From Eledone cirrhosa (Eukaryota): DNA of 64,000 nucleotides. The notes below the pieces were generated by a model that saw only the letters and a program-made list of their open reading frames with translations, was not told where the DNA came from and did not search any database. Positions 38,479 through 53,690 of this stretch are shown here, one piece after another. The first letter of the stretch is position 1; each line of letters starts with the position of its first letter. The stretch spans positions 125,240,001 to 125,304,000 of the forward strand of contig OZ024741.1 in assembly GCA_964016885.1 (NCBI GenBank). The letters run 5' to 3'. The position numbers and the translations under genes are program-made.

Positions 38479-41400
38479 TAGCGGAGCTACCCGGTTTCGC
38501 TCGGTGTTAAAAAGCTTATTTAGAAAACAATAATATTAACATTTTAATCGTTATTTAAAAACTTCTCTAATTTAGTTTCTATTTTTTAGATCTTAATATT
38601 TATCTTTAAATGACTGAATCACTGATGAATTTAAAGAAAACTCGTTATAAGAACATTTAATTTATTTTACTGAAGTGCTTTTGGATACACAATGTTTTTT
38701 TTTTTCCTTCTGGTGCGTACACGAATAAATCAGAAGGTTTACCGACGCGTGAGCAAGCCACATACATCTGTCCATGTGAGAAGCATGGATTTTCTAAATT
38801 TAGTCCACACACTTGTAGCGATTGTCCTTGTGCTTTGTTGATAGTCATTGCAAAGGCGAGTCGCACCGGAAACTGCAAACGTTTGAATTCGAATGGCGTA
38901 TCTGTCGGAATCATTGGGATGCGTGGCAACAGTACATCTTCTCCTTTTAATTTTCCATTTAAAATTGTAGCTTCGATGATATTGTTCATCATCTTTTTCA
39001 CTGAAAGCCTGGTACCGTTGCAAAGTTGTGGTGGATTGATGTTTCGGAGAAGGATGATAGGCACGCCAATTTTCAATGTTAAAATGTGCGGTGGCATGCC
39101 TGGCAAATCAAGTGAATTCAAGAATTCAGTTGGATAATTGATAATTTCGTCTTGATTCATTACAGTATCGATGGACTTATACGTTGTCGCTTCGCCTGGT
39201 ATTTTGTTTTGAATGCTGAAATTAATGGCATTGACATCGTTGTTTTTGGCTGCTAATATAGCACGTGCATTGAGCCACTGATGATTTTTGTAATGCTGCG
39301 CAATATTTGGGAACACTTTGTGAATCAGTTCGTCTCTGGTTGCCGTGATTCTACAGAAGTTTGTTGGCAATGTCATACATTTTGTGGATTCATCGATTAC
39401 CATTTTCCCATTCCCAATATCCAGCAACTGTTTTGTGAAACGTTCAGCGGATGCATCATTTTGTAGTTGTACACACATATTGGTTTTTAAAGTTAATTTC
39501 TGTACGTGTCGCCATAAAACTGATGATTTGAGACATGCATTAAGCTCATCAGCGGGTGTTGATCGCGGTATGCCTGGTAGAGTTTGTCGAAAATCACCAG
39601 ACAATAAAATGAGTGTGCCACCGAAGAGCTGTTCATTTCCTTTCAAATCTTTTAGTGTGTTATTAAGCGCTTCCAATGATTTTTTGTGCGCCATAGTACA
39701 TTCGTCCCATATAATGATTTGGCATGATTGGAGTACTTTACCTATACCAGAATTTTTGGTGATATTGCATGTTGGTGTCTCAGTGATTTGCATATTCAAT
39801 GGCAATTTCAGTGCTGAATGTGCAGTTCGGCCACCATCCAAAAGAGTTGCTGCAATTCCAGATGATGCGATTGCCAATGCAATATTATTTTGTGATCGTA
39901 TAGTTGCCAAAATAAGTGAAATGAGAAAAGTTTTGCCTGTACCACCGGGCGCATCTATAAAATACAATCCGCCGCTTTGATTTGTAATTGCCTGCATAAT
40001 TTTGTCATATAGTATGCGTTGTTCTGTTACCAATTTCAGAAGATTCGTTTGAACAAATGTACCCAATTCGGCGACATCAAAGTTTGTTTCTCGTTGCAAA
40101 TCACGATCGAAAATGTCGTTTACAGATCGATTCGGCGCAGGCATTCCCAATTGTACCAGTATTTTGTTAGCGATTGCTAAACATATGACCTCAATCGAAA
40201 CCAATGCTTCATTATACACGATTGGTGTGAATTGAATATCCAGATTTTGATTTGTTGCACGCAAACGATGTAGGATGTCTTCACTCATGTAGTCTTTGTA
40301 TTTTTCCCAAAGATCTTTTGGATTTGATGGGAAGCACGTTGTCAATATTATTGCGAATAACGTGCGTATTTGCTGTGGTCGAGCAGTATTCGATGCATCA
40401 GCGAGTGAAGTGTCCCAATGTCCATCATTTTCAAGAAGATGTAATTTTTGGCAAGCTTCACGATAAGTGGCACATACTTGACCGTTTACTGTTCTCAATT
40501 CTTGGAATGATGTCGGTCCACGTACGTTGATTAACAATAATCGCAAGTAAAAGCATTCTGCATTATTTGGGTGAACAGTGTACAAACGGCCTAACGCGTC
40601 GGTCGAATATAAATTGGGATGTCCTTCAACTACTTTACCCTGTTTGCGACGTTTAAACTTTTTCGTTGATGTATTCCATGTGTAATATGTTGGCACTTCA
40701 GAATAAAGTAGTGTCTTTGCAAACACATCTTCACTGCACAATGAGAAAAACGCAGTTAACGTTGTTGGCGGTGGTGTCAATGCCCTTGCACGTATATTTT
40801 CATTTGTGAAGTATACGCGCTGTCCATTTTCAAGGTGCACCGCCAAATGAACAACTGTTGGATGTCGATAATGGATTGGAAATGATAAAATGCGCCATAT
40901 TGCTTCATTACTACTAATGTAGCGTCCCAGTGGGTATTGGTCGATTTCATCGATAGATGCATTTGCATTGCACACTCCAAAAACTGCCATATCGCTTCCT
41001 TTGTTGATATATTTGCAAATGTACTTGATCGCTTTCACCGAATTGCAATACTCGACATTGATGTGTGCTTTGAACGTCTTTGAGAGTAACGATGAATATG
41101 GTACAACCCAACGATTATCGACTTCAACATAATTGTTTCGTACTTTTAAAGTGATGGATTTGCCGCCATCTTCAGTTGCTCGTCGACGATAGAGTGGATA
41201 TCCGTCATTGCCAGTGATAGTCTCGGCAACTAAGTCTCTTGGGTATTGTTTCGTGCATTTCCCATCAGACATGCATGGTGAATTGTTGTTGAGTAAGCCA
41301 CATGGACCATGAATCATGTTTTTAGTGACGACTTCAAATAAGTCTGGATCAACGTCGACATCTGGTATTTCTGCTGAGATGATTTGATCAATTTGATCTG

Positions 41401-42950
41401 ATGTGACTTTTTCAATTAACCAAATCAAAATGTGTGCATGTGGCAATCCTCTTTTTTGCCATTCAATGGAAAACATCCAAAAACATGATGCTTGACAATT
41501 AAATCCGTTAACGATTTCAATTTTTGTTTGAACGCAGGCGCTGTTGTAATATCATGACGATCCGAAGACGATTGACCAGGTAACAAAAGTTCTTTAATTT
41601 CATCCCACGTAGGATTGCATGTGAATGTAATAAAAAAAATCTGGACGGCCATATGCGCGAACATATTTCATTGCATCTTGTGCGTATTCATGCATGTGCC
41701 GTGGGCTCCCTGTAAATGTAGCTGACAGTATGACCATTTTCCCCAATTAATTAGGATTCATATTGCCATCATTAACAATGGCATCACGTAAATGAATGTA
41801 CTCTTCTGAACGTAGCTTGGTTTGATTCAATCGAATGTAGAGGAGTCGTTCGGTTTCGATTTTTGCATACATATCGACAATGTATTGATGGAACAATTGT
41901 CGACATTTCAAAATATGATTTCCACCGTTTTCACGAATCATTAATCTATATGAATAATAATTCATGGCACTGACTTTCTTATTCGTTTCCTCATCTGTTT
42001 GTGGATTTCTCAGTTTGATGTTGAAATGATATCCATCTTCTCCTTGCCAAAATAAAATCGGATATTGCAATCCATCGTATGACCGATGCGTTTCTGAGAC
42101 TCGCTGAACATCACCATTTCTGCGGTGAAGAATTATATCGCGCGAGTTAAATTCTTCACCTACAATAACGATCGCCACTTCATCAATTGTTGGTGCATTG
42201 TACTGTCTTTGATGTTAGCCAACAGGTGTTTTGTCTGCTCTAACTACAATTGTGTAGTCATCACTTGGCATTTGTTCAAGGGCAGCTCTGAACAATCGAA
42301 TTAATTTGTTGTGTTGATTGAATAAAGTTTGTAATGCAGTAACAATTTCTCGTTTAGTTCCCGTATTGAATTTGCAACGTTGATCTATTTGGTCATCAGT
42401 GTTTCCCATGAAATAAATTTGAAGAAATTTGTGATCTGCGTCCGGCAGTGGTAGTAGTGATCCAGCACGATGATAAATTTGCCCTTGCACTTTGAATGTT
42501 GGCATGTAATTCTCGCGCACGATATTTGTTGCACCGAACGATGTCATTTGGAAACATGAATTGTACTTGCGTATGTTTGCCAAGAAATGTTTAGATTCGC
42601 TTGTGTCACCTGATACTAACGTTGATAATGGTTCAGGTGGTGGATGTAATTCTGGCAATTTCACTTTTCCACCCGAGCAGCACATTCCTGGTGTTTCATT
42701 TTTAAATTTGAAGGCACCACAATACCCGCATAATTTACCCATTTTTCCAATAATCACACTTGGATGAAGACTGTAATCATAATTGGAATCGTAATGAAAT
42801 GCACCAAGATTTAAATCAGCGTGCAGTATTCTTCTGGTGAGAGCATTGCGTAGTCGATTCGTTTCCAATCTTGCTTCACGTTGCTCGTCTGTTTCAGATG
42901 AACGTAGATAAAGGACAAACATACAAACAAACAAATATACATTCATTTAT
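38478..42950 (-). mobile_element. Helitron (RepHel-encoding)
   Basis: Minus-strand 3' end hairpin ACCGAGCGAAACCGGGT followed by CTAG|T at 38478; 5'-terminus-like TATATAAATGAATGTAT..(TTTG)n near 42950; a second similar 5' end near 43604. Confidence 0.92.
38657..42910 (-). pseudogene. Helitron Rep (HUH)-PIF1 helicase, disrupted in the N-terminal part; 939-aa C-terminal ORF intact
   Basis: CGYC..CCSGG zinc motif, FITFTCNP, EWQKRGLPHAH, KYICKYINKG, DAPGGTGKT, WDEC, GDFRQ, LCNGTRL, TINKAQGQSL, FSHGQMYVACSRV; stops at 42215 and 41747 plus frameshifts. Confidence 0.95.
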
Positions 42951-43483
42951 ATATATATATATATATATATACAGATTAATCTACTGGAGTAAACGGTAGT
43001 GTCGGATCCGTATAGAGAACTCAATGCAATCCGAGTGTGGAGAGATCATAAACAATTCATGTAGTTAATTAATGATGCAAAACAATAGGAAAACAGAGTC
43101 AAAATAAGACAATGAAAAACAATGTAAAATTAAACAAATAACATGTTATTCATATTAATATTGATTTATGCATCTTCATAAAAAAAATATATCTACATAT
43201 ACATATATACACATATACATATATATACATATACACATATATACATACACATACATATATACTATATTTTACAAATTATACTGAGATAAATGCAAACCTA
43301 CCTCCTTCAGTCCTCTATCATCAGTGTAGAATGAGAAAACAGTAAAACAATTGTGGAAAAGGATGGTATGGTGGTTACAGTAGAGAAAGATAATTAGGTC
43401 AGACCAATGGACAGCAAATGTAAGTACAATAGATTAATATGAAGAACATGTTATTTGTTTAATTTTTCAATGTTTTTCAATGT

Positions 43484-43518
<35 letters not shown>

Positions 43519-43665
43519 GTAGTAAATAAAGAGTTATTCCCCTTCCTTCCTGGACATACATATAAACAAACAAAAAAACATACATTCATTTTTATATATA
43601 TAGATATATATAGTGTGTAACGTTTTTCTAAATATTTACTTCTGCGTTCACAGATTGATTTTTTT

Positions 43666-43716
43666 AGTTTCAAAAGATCCCGTTAAGGGTGAAAGCAGCG
43701 ATTCTTTGCTTAAACT
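43666..43716 (+). ncRNA. Degenerate hammerhead-like motif (CAAAAGA core), copy of 13421-13470
   Basis: AGTTT/AAACT stem I, CCC/GGG stem II, GAAA-GCA/TGC-TT stem III. Confidence 0.4.
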
Positions 43717-43725
43717 TTAATGTTA

Positions 43726-43804
<79 letters not shown>

Positions 43805-44319
43805 GTGTACAGATATTTTTGCATACACAATAACAAAATATAAACAAATGTATTTATTTCACGAAGTATTTATTTCACGATAAGGATAAATATATATTAA
43901 ATATATAAGAACCCTAGAGCAAATCCCGAGCAGCGCCGGTCCATTCTGCTAGTATATATTAAGTTCTGCACTAAGCAGCCGAAGTATACAATAAATTTAT
44001 ATCTGTATAACTACATTATAGAGGTAGACGAGACTTCGTAGATGTGGTTTTACACATTGAGTAAATAAATATATAAACAACCCTTCAGTTACCTATTTAC
44101 TTCTGGTTGTTTAGATTATAAACATATCTTTTGATGAGAATCCAAACAAAATTCACAAATCCAATAAAGATATTTATCATTTTTTTTAATTTACAGGGAA
44201 ATACGTGTATTTGGTATGTTTACATGTCTATATACTTAATGTGTTTATGTATACGCCTATTACAGAGGCTTAGTTACATCTGTACTGTGTGTAAATATAT
44301 ATATATATATATATATATA

Positions 44320-44615
44320 AAGGCCCCACTCACGAATGACCATGGTTTTGCACCTAGAAAGTTTCCCTCTGAGGCACAAGCCTGGGCAAGGCTTGTTTTG
44401 TGGAAGACCAGCAGTTACCCATGCATACCAGTCTCCCCTCTCTACACCACCGATGTTGTCCAAGGGAAAGGCAATGGCCGATACAGCTGAGTAAACTGGA
44501 GCAACGTGAAATAAAGTGTCTTGCTCAAGGACACAACGCATCACCCGGTCCGAGAATCGAACTCACAACCTCTCAATTGCAAGCCCAATGTCCTAACCAC
44601 TAAGCCATGCGCCTT
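44320..44615 (-). mobile_element. tRNA-derived SINE family B
   Basis: Minus strand TGGCTTAGTGG A-box, GAGTTCGATTC B-box, GTGTCCTTGAGCAAGACACT core-like segment; diverged copy at 53375-53690. Confidence 0.8.
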
Positions 44616-44640
44616 CTGGTTAAATTAACTAGTTAATTAG

Positions 44641-45242
<602 letters not shown>

Positions 45243-45817
45243 TTTAATTAGACAATTCTGTTGATTGGTTAATTATTTGTGTTTGTTTTATAACATATAG
45301 TCGAGAGCTTATCATGATGATTAGCTGAAATTAAAATATTTCCTTTGTCTAACATTTTGAATGACCCGCCAAAACCGGGGATTATTTCCCTTGCTGGAAT
45401 TAACACGTGACAGCTATAGATACGATACGCTGCATCTAGCAGCAACATTTAGCCTATCACCCCTGTTCTAGGTAGAACGAAAAGCCTGTTGAAAAACTAA
45501 ATCCTCCGTTCGATCATGAATACCACGAGCTTGCCAGTCACGTAAGTCTGATATTTGATTTCGGATTCAAAGAAACACTTTAAACGTATAATCGTTTGAT
45601 TTGTCTAGGTGTATTTTTCTCAACCTGTTAGTTCTATCGTTACTTTGGTATTGTGTGTTAGATTTTGCCTACCACAATGTTCGATTTGTCAAGCTATTTA
45701 AACGTATGTTATTACTCTAAGGACCTAACTTATCGAGTGCTTTGCTAACTCATCATTTCATATAAGTAGGCTGAATTTGCTTGCAAACCGCCAGAGATTC
45801 GATTTTACTAAATTTCC

Positions 45818-45953
<136 letters not shown>

Positions 45954-46095
45954 GGGTGAGGCCGTCGAAGTAACAACACCACGCGTTCGGCCGGCCCTCT
46001 GTATCATGAAAATAAAATTCTTTTTCGGGGAAATTATTGGATTTTTCCAAATTTAAAGGTTTCTTAGGAACTTTCAATGTTTACTTTAGGTTTCG

Positions 46096-46153
46096 CCGTC
46101 TGAAGAGCTCAGGATATCATAACCGATAGTCCTCAGTGAAATATGTATAACGG
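46096..46153 (+). ncRNA. Type I hammerhead ribozyme, long stem II
   Basis: CCGT-CTGAAGA-GCTCAGGATATC ataacc GATAGTCCTCAGT-GAAA-TATGTA-TA-ACGG. Confidence 0.8.
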
Positions 46154-46213
46154 AGTTTTAAATAAACCTAAATCAACTGAATATGGTCTCCGATCTTTTA
46201 CTTATACACACAT

Positions 46214-46287
<74 letters not shown>

Positions 46288-48609
46288 AAATGTGAGAAAA
46301 ACCATAGACCCTCCATCTCAACTCTACTTTTGAAAAGCAGAAGAACTGCGAAACCGGTAAGGGAACCAAATAAATATATATATATTTTTTTAAATAAGAC
46401 TCCAGTTGCATTTTAGATTTCATCTTTTTTCTTTATACTTTCACTCGTGTAGGACACTTCGGTTATTTTTCATTTTGTAAAAAAAACCTCACTTTCTAAT
46501 ATATATATATATATATAGTCTGTTTAATCACAGCTGAATTAGGCTCAAACATCAATTTCAACGGCGTAGAGATAGTACATTTCTGACTTAGGCTCAAACA
46601 ACAACAAGATCAAAGACATGTAGATCAAAATATCCAATGGAAGGTTAACTTTTCTATCACGATCAAAGAAGCATAACTTCGCCTTAAAAACAAAAGGGTT
46701 TAGTATGTATTTAAGAAGCAATTATTACGAATACATGAACCCATGCATGGTTTAGTGGCTAAGATCTTGTGAGATCACAATTCGATCCCATCAGGTGACA
46801 TATTGGCCATCATAGCTCCGGATTGACCCAAGACTTCTGAGTGAAATTAGATAGAGGGGACACTGGAGGGACAGTATCTATATTTCAAAAAGATTCAGCT
46901 ATGACATATAGTGTGAGAATCCAGTACATGGCGGTGGTGGTGGTAGCGGTGGTGGTGATGGTGGTCGTAGCGGTGGTGGTGATGGTGGAGGTGATGGCGG
47001 TGGCGATGGTGGCCATTTACGGCCGGAGTTCAAATCCCGAGGTTAACTTTGCCTTTCGTCCTTACAGGGTCGATAAAATAAAGCACATGTAATACACTGG
47101 GATAATTGCTGGCCTTGTGCCACAAGTAGAAACAATTGTTATTGGGGGAACTGTATATCTATATTTGATTCGTGCAGTATTAAAAGTTAGTTTACTTAAT
47201 ATTTGATTAGAAATGCTGTGTTACACCTCTTATATTTTTCCATAAAGATTATTTATTATTTTATTTTGTGTAAATAGAATATATAAAATTGGAATAACAG
47301 TTTGGCTACAGTTTGGATCTTTAACATCCCTTTGGTGAAAGAAAAACAATGATCGTATCAAATAATTTCATTGATGGAATTCGGGAAAAAAGGAAAATAA
47401 GACACATACAGAAAAGTTAAACTAAATAGCGACCGCAAAAATAAAATCTAACAGTGATGCCGAGTTACGTCAGTGAAATAACAAAACGAAGCAACTATGA
47501 CTTGGTCTAACATACTTATTATATATAACTCGTAACTGTTTATCAATGCTAACGTCTTTATAATGGAGCAATTTATGCAACAGTAGCAAATATATATTTT
47601 TTCTCCTCCGCTATAGAATTTCTAAATCGACAATAAAGACCGCGAGAACATTCAATAGTCGATGTTTATTCTGTCATTTTGTTATCTGTATTTTTGTGCA
47701 ATGATCAAAGAAATGGAATCCTAACTTTTGCTAATGTAATTGTTTGTCAGTCAATAAACCTGACCAGAAATCAAAACTTAAAACAAGCAAATAAATACTT
47801 GATACGCAGTGACACAATATATATGTGGGGGGGGTGTAGGTGTGTTTGTATATAGATAGATTGTCAGATAATGGTGTGATGAGGATAGAAGATGTACTCA
47901 CATATCTATAGTGTACATTACATCATTATTTTGCTCATATTTATATGGAATATATCATGTACCATCAGTGCTCAATGTATTGAGTACCTCATTTGACTCT
48001 ACCTCCTTCTATACCTCTTAGAAAAATCAGTCATTATATATATACATAAAGTAGTATCACGGGTTTCCGCCAAAAGGTTGATACAAAAAGAGCGCTGTAT
48101 ATTATCAACAGAGCTGAAATATTATTAACTTCCGCTCGACAGAGTTGATCACTACCGTAGGTTTCGAAGCATGGGCATTGGCCATAAAATTTGATTATGG
48201 TCTACTTGGGACTTATTTTCATCAGGCGATGAAAATCAGTCACAAGTAACGATCTGTCGAGCAAACATTAATAATATGTGGGTATATATAGTGAAGGATG
48301 GGGAGATTTAGTTCATAGATTTCTAGAATTCCCTCAGACACTATAAACATATAAGATCGAATAAATGTATGAAATATCGATCGCCTTTCTCACAAAACTA
48401 AGAAACCTATAGATATACAAAAAAGAACGTGAACTAGAAAAGCCGAAGCCAAATTTCTAAGAGGTGTTTCTTCTTCATTTCCATACAATGTCAATGTATT
48501 CTGCCTGCGCTCTCCTCACCCCCTCTCTCCATATTTCTCCCCCTCCCTCCCCACACCCTCTCTCTCTATATATATATATAGAGAGAGAGAGAGAGGGTGA
48601 GATAGATAA

Positions 48610-48680
<71 letters not shown>

Positions 48681-50291
48681 TTGGGTTCCGATTTAATAAT
48701 CTACATTGCCTACTATATATATGTGTGTGTGTGTGTGTGCGTGTGCGTGTGCTTATGCATGTGTGTGTGTATATATATGCATGTGTGTTTGTATATGTGC
48801 GTCAATGTGTTTGTGTTTATGTGTATTTGAGTGTGGTATTCTATATTATTGTCATTTGCTAGTAAGTGGATATGTATACATATATTTCACAGCAGGTGTT
48901 GTACTATGTAATATTGACCCAGCGTGTCTTGAATACCATAACAAGGTAAACGTTAATCGCTTATTTGTATTGTGAAATAAATACTGCATTTTTAAATTAT
49001 GTAATATCGTAGAAATTCGTAAGAAGAAAAAAAATCAATAGGGTTATGGTTACTAATTGATATATTAAGTATTGTTGTTTTGTCATTGTTATTTACGGCA
49101 TGTTTTGTAGTCAAATTATTTTGCTTTCTGTAAATATGTACCATTAATAGATATAAAAGGGCAGTGAATTGGCTGTACCAGTAGGGGGTCGGAGAAAGAG
49201 GGTGAGGATCTTATACTTTCAGTCCCTTAACGCCACGGATACTGGGTGAAGCACTGATCTGATTAGCCTCCGGGCTCGAGACAAACTTTAGACTTTTATT
49301 TAGTTATTGGTGAAACGAAGAAGGTCCAGGTGTGTGTGGAAACCCTCTTCACATGGCCAGGGCCTCCAAGAGAAATTTTGCAAGGCGGTACAAGACCTCC
49401 TTTGGGGCCCGAAGCAAGCAAAGGTTTTTTTTTCAAAATGGATGTTGCATGATTGCTGTAGGGCCTTCTTAGCTCTTGGACCCCGGAATAAAGTACCTGC
49501 TGGACCCCCTCACATAGGCCCTGAACAAAGCTAACCTCGTGGAAAGTGACCGGCAACCAGACCATGTAACAGTTATGTGTTACTAGTAGTGCTCAGATTG
49601 ACAATAACTCTTAACATTCTCTAATCATTTAGCAGAAAATATCTAAAAAGGGTTTTGTTAACTCATGTTTATATTTTTTACAATATTAAAGTAAATACTT
49701 TAATTTTTAATGCGATATCTTATTTTTTATTAGTGCTGTTTTGTATTTTTTTTTTTAGAATATTGCCAACAGGGTTCTTGTGGTACAGGGTGTTACAAAT
49801 TAATCAGTCACTCAGCGTGATGCCAAAACCTAGCCCTTGCGTGTCGTCATAAAATTCACACCCTTGAAAGTATTCGTACCAAAGATCCGATTTAAAACCA
49901 TATTCCCTGTCCCTGTCCCGATCAATAGTGGCGGCCCTAAAAATGATATGGGCATTTCCCTTCCTTCTTCGACTAAAAAATCGAATTAAATAAATTAAAA
50001 TAAGCTTAAATAACTTAGGCTTTCATAGATAGGAAACGAGTGCCACACTGTCAATGTAGGGTGAACATTAAACGTCTGTATTGAAAAAGGTCATCGTACT
50101 AAAGATTCAGCCAGGAACAGATTTCTAGTTGAAGTGTAAAGATACCAACCATACAGATAGCTTGTAGTAATTAAATAGCCTGGCAACGTGGGATTCACTT
50201 GCCAACGTCGTTTCATACGATTGCCAGCTCAAAATATCATGTCTAGTAAACTAGAAAAACTAGCCAACACACACACACACACATAAACACA

Positions 50292-50396
<105 letters not shown>

Positions 50397-50519
50397 ATCT
50401 TTGATGCACATTACCTCTTACGGCTAATGTACGATTGCAAAGGTATCTTATTTTCCAAGTGGAACTTTCATCTTCATTGATTCCTTGATTCTTCATATAA
50501 AAATGAATATATATATGTG

Positions 50520-50630
<111 letters not shown>

Positions 50631-50651
50631 AAATGTGTGTGTATCTGTATA

Positions 50652-50682
<31 letters not shown>

Positions 50683-51065
50683 ATTATTTTGCTGTTTTAT
50701 ATTTTTTCTTCGTGTCTCCTTTTCTTTTTCTCAGTCCTTCACTCTATAATCTATAGCTGTGTCATAATGTCTTGCTGACAGATACCATCGATCTTTCTTT
50801 CTTGCAATGTAAAAGTAAAGATTATCTAACCAAGAAATGCAATATATCTCTTCGCGGCCACTCTAAGATGTAATCTGGTATTCAAATATTTTCTTCTCAC
50901 TTTTTTCTTCCATTGGATAAAATATGGCGGTAGAATTTACTTTTAAGGAAGAGGCTATTGAAGGAAATTTTTCTTTAATCAGAAATCTTCTTGTAAACAA
51001 CACCAATAGTAACCATCTCCTCTGTGCATAGCTTTCTTCATCTGTTATCTTTTATTAGTGTCAAA

Positions 51066-51500
51066 AGGGTGGGGGAATGGCAGAACCGGTAGAGCGTCGG
51101 TCCACATGCTTTTCAGCATAGAGTTACGTCACTTTACGTTCTGAGATCAAATTTCGCTGAGGTTAACTTTGTCTTTCATCTTTACAGGGTTGGTAAAATA
51201 ACGCACCAATAACACACTGGGGTCGATTTAATCGACTTTCCTTACTCCCAAAATGGTTGGCACTGAGCCTAAATCAGAGCCATTAAAGAGCAGTGGATTG
51301 GCAATACCGATATAGTGTCGGTCCCCATGCTTTGCGACATAGATTTACGTCCCTTTATGTTCTGAGTCCAAACCTTTTCGAAGTTAATTTTTCCTTTCGT
51401 CTTTACGAAATCGGTAAAATAAAGTTCCAATAACGCACTGGTCTCGATTTGATCGACCTTCCCCTCCTCCAAAATAGTTGGCCTTGTGCCTAAATCAAAA
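51066..51500 (+). mobile_element. Two tandem SINE family A copies
   Basis: Family motifs twice. Confidence 0.8.
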
Positions 51501-51786
51501 ATCATTTATTTTTACCACATGTCTTGTCCATTTCCATTATCACCTCTAAATGTGTATTCTAATGACTATAAAAACTGTCCGTCTGTCACACACAACCGCG
51601 ATGATCTGGCAAAAAGTTTTAATATTTTGTATTTAAAATTCATGGAGCACAAATATAAGACAAAAAGAAGCAGGTAGAATTTAAAACGTTCTCTGGTCAA
51701 CAGTATTATCTATTTGTTTCCTTCTATCTCTTTGTATCTCTCTCTCTCTCGCTCGCTCTCTCTCTATATATATATATGTGTGTGTA

Positions 51787-51817
<31 letters not shown>

Positions 51818-51875
51818 ATGTATGTATGTATGTATGTATGTATGTATGTATGTATGTATGTATGTATGTATCTCA

Positions 51876-52400
51876 GGTCACCAGTTGGTGCTACTGGTAA
51901 CATGTATGCCAGTACAACCTGTCTCATGGTCGGGTCGTTGGCGACTAAACTGGCAACCCCACCAAGGTTTCTTGGTGAGGAGGGTGACTTTGGACATCCT
52001 GCAGGACTAAAAACAAAACCTGTCAAAGGGCAAAGGAGCTCTTAAGAGTCAATGGCCATCCAAAATCACCGGGAGAGATGACCCCTTAGCCTTTGTCAAG
52101 GCAGAATTCTAGGAGAAGGAAAATTCTGATATAACACCTGCAACTCTGATGGTATCCAATGATGTTGACTTGTTCTTCTTTTTGGTAAATATCATCTTGG
52201 TTAAGAGAGTGGGACTGGCTTTGTGCAGTGCCTTTGCTCATTATAAAAGCTTCACGGCACAGGCATTGCTTTATATCTGGAGATCTCTCTGCAATTGTCG
52301 TCATATGGTACCATGGGCCCAGCACTATGTGTCAATAATTGTCACAGGTGCAGTGTTTGTACCAGACTTTTCAAGTCGCTGGCTGGACTAAAATGTCACT
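51876..52400 (+). mobile_element. Internally deleted RTE-like element (5' UTR joined to C-terminal C2H2 finger)
   Basis: [19 protein letters not shown] resembles the RTE C-terminal zinc finger; HDV-like segment at the 5' end. Confidence 0.45.
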
Positions 52401-52524
52401 CCTTCAGCGCATCGGTAGGGGTTCTCCTACATGGATATAAAGTAGTGGCCGTACTCGAAAACGAGGTGGCAGCCACCATATATGTATGTATATACATACA
52501 TAAATATATGTATATATGTATGTG

Positions 52525-52647
<123 letters not shown>

Positions 52648-52828
52648 AGTATATGTTGGTTGTATACCAACACCTAAGTATGCAGATTGGAGCACTCGAC
52701 GAAGTGCGCAGGTTGGTTTGCAGTTCCTCAGTAAAATAACAACCCAACCAGGAACTGGGCATATCAGAGTATTGACAAAGTTATACACCTCAACAACATG
52801 TGTACTCGTCTCTACCACACTAATTCGG

Positions 52829-52883
52829 ACTGCCTGAAGAGGTCACAGCCAAAGATGGCTGTCACCGAAATATATATAGCAGT
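52829..52883 (+). ncRNA. Type I hammerhead ribozyme, long stem II
   Basis: ACTGC-CTGAAGA-GGTCACAGCCA aaga TGGCTGTCACC-GAAA-TATATA-TA-GCAGT followed directly by AATAAA. Confidence 0.88.
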
Positions 52884-52943
52884 AATAAACGAAGCCAAAT
52901 TTTAAACATTTGACTTATTTATTTTATTTTATCTTATATATAT

Positions 52944-52978
<35 letters not shown>

Positions 52979-53374
52979 CATATATATAGAGAGAGAAAGA
53001 GATAGAGAGAGAAAGAGGGGGGAGAGAAACTCCATCACAATAACACAGATTGAATGAGTTGGCATTAAAACCAACGAGACTTAAGTATCTTCATATGGCA
53101 CTGTTGTAACTGGTTATACATAACTCATCCCACTGACTGAGTGCTCTAAACCCTTGGATATTTATACCAAGTTTGTACTACAATATTATTGTGACTGGAA
53201 ATCAACGTGTTATGTAGTTGTATATTTTATTATGCCTTATATCATAAATAAACCTTAAATTACCTTAAATCTTATCATTTATTTGATCTTATTTAAGTTT
53301 TTTAAAGATGCCTTCCAGTGTAACATTAAAATGTTAGGCAGATATTATGTACACTTATCTTATAAAGGCAATTT

Positions 53375-53690
53375 GTTTGATGGTTAGGTTGTAGGGCTCG
53401 CAATAGTAAAGTCATGTTTGATTCCTGGGACGGGCAGTGCGTTGAGTTCTTGGGCAAAGCACGTTATAACTTGTTTCTCCAGTCAAGTCACTTGGGAAAA
53501 ATAAGTTGCTGCATCATCGGTGTCAAGCTGCATAGGCCTTTGGTAGCATCGGTGACGTGGAGCATGGAGACTGCCATGCATGGGTGGTTACTGGTCTTCG
53601 TCAAAACACCTAGCCCAGGCTTGTACTTTGAAAGTTTAGTCTCAAGGTGTAAACCCAATGTTAGTCATGATCGAAGGGAATCTTTTTAAA
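53375..53690 (+). mobile_element. SINE family B, diverged
   Basis: Colinear with the reverse complement of 44320-44615. Confidence 0.7.

Larger units (their letters stand above)
37671..43952 (+). mobile_element. Non-autonomous Helitron ends enclosing nested insertions
   Basis: 5' A|TCTATATATCTAAAA...(CTGT)n; 3' hairpin CCCGAGCAGCGCCGG followed by CTAG|T; pairing of the two ends is inferred. Confidence 0.6.

Noticed and set aside
43300-43335. CTGATGA on the minus strand
   Set aside because: No GAAA or stems in register
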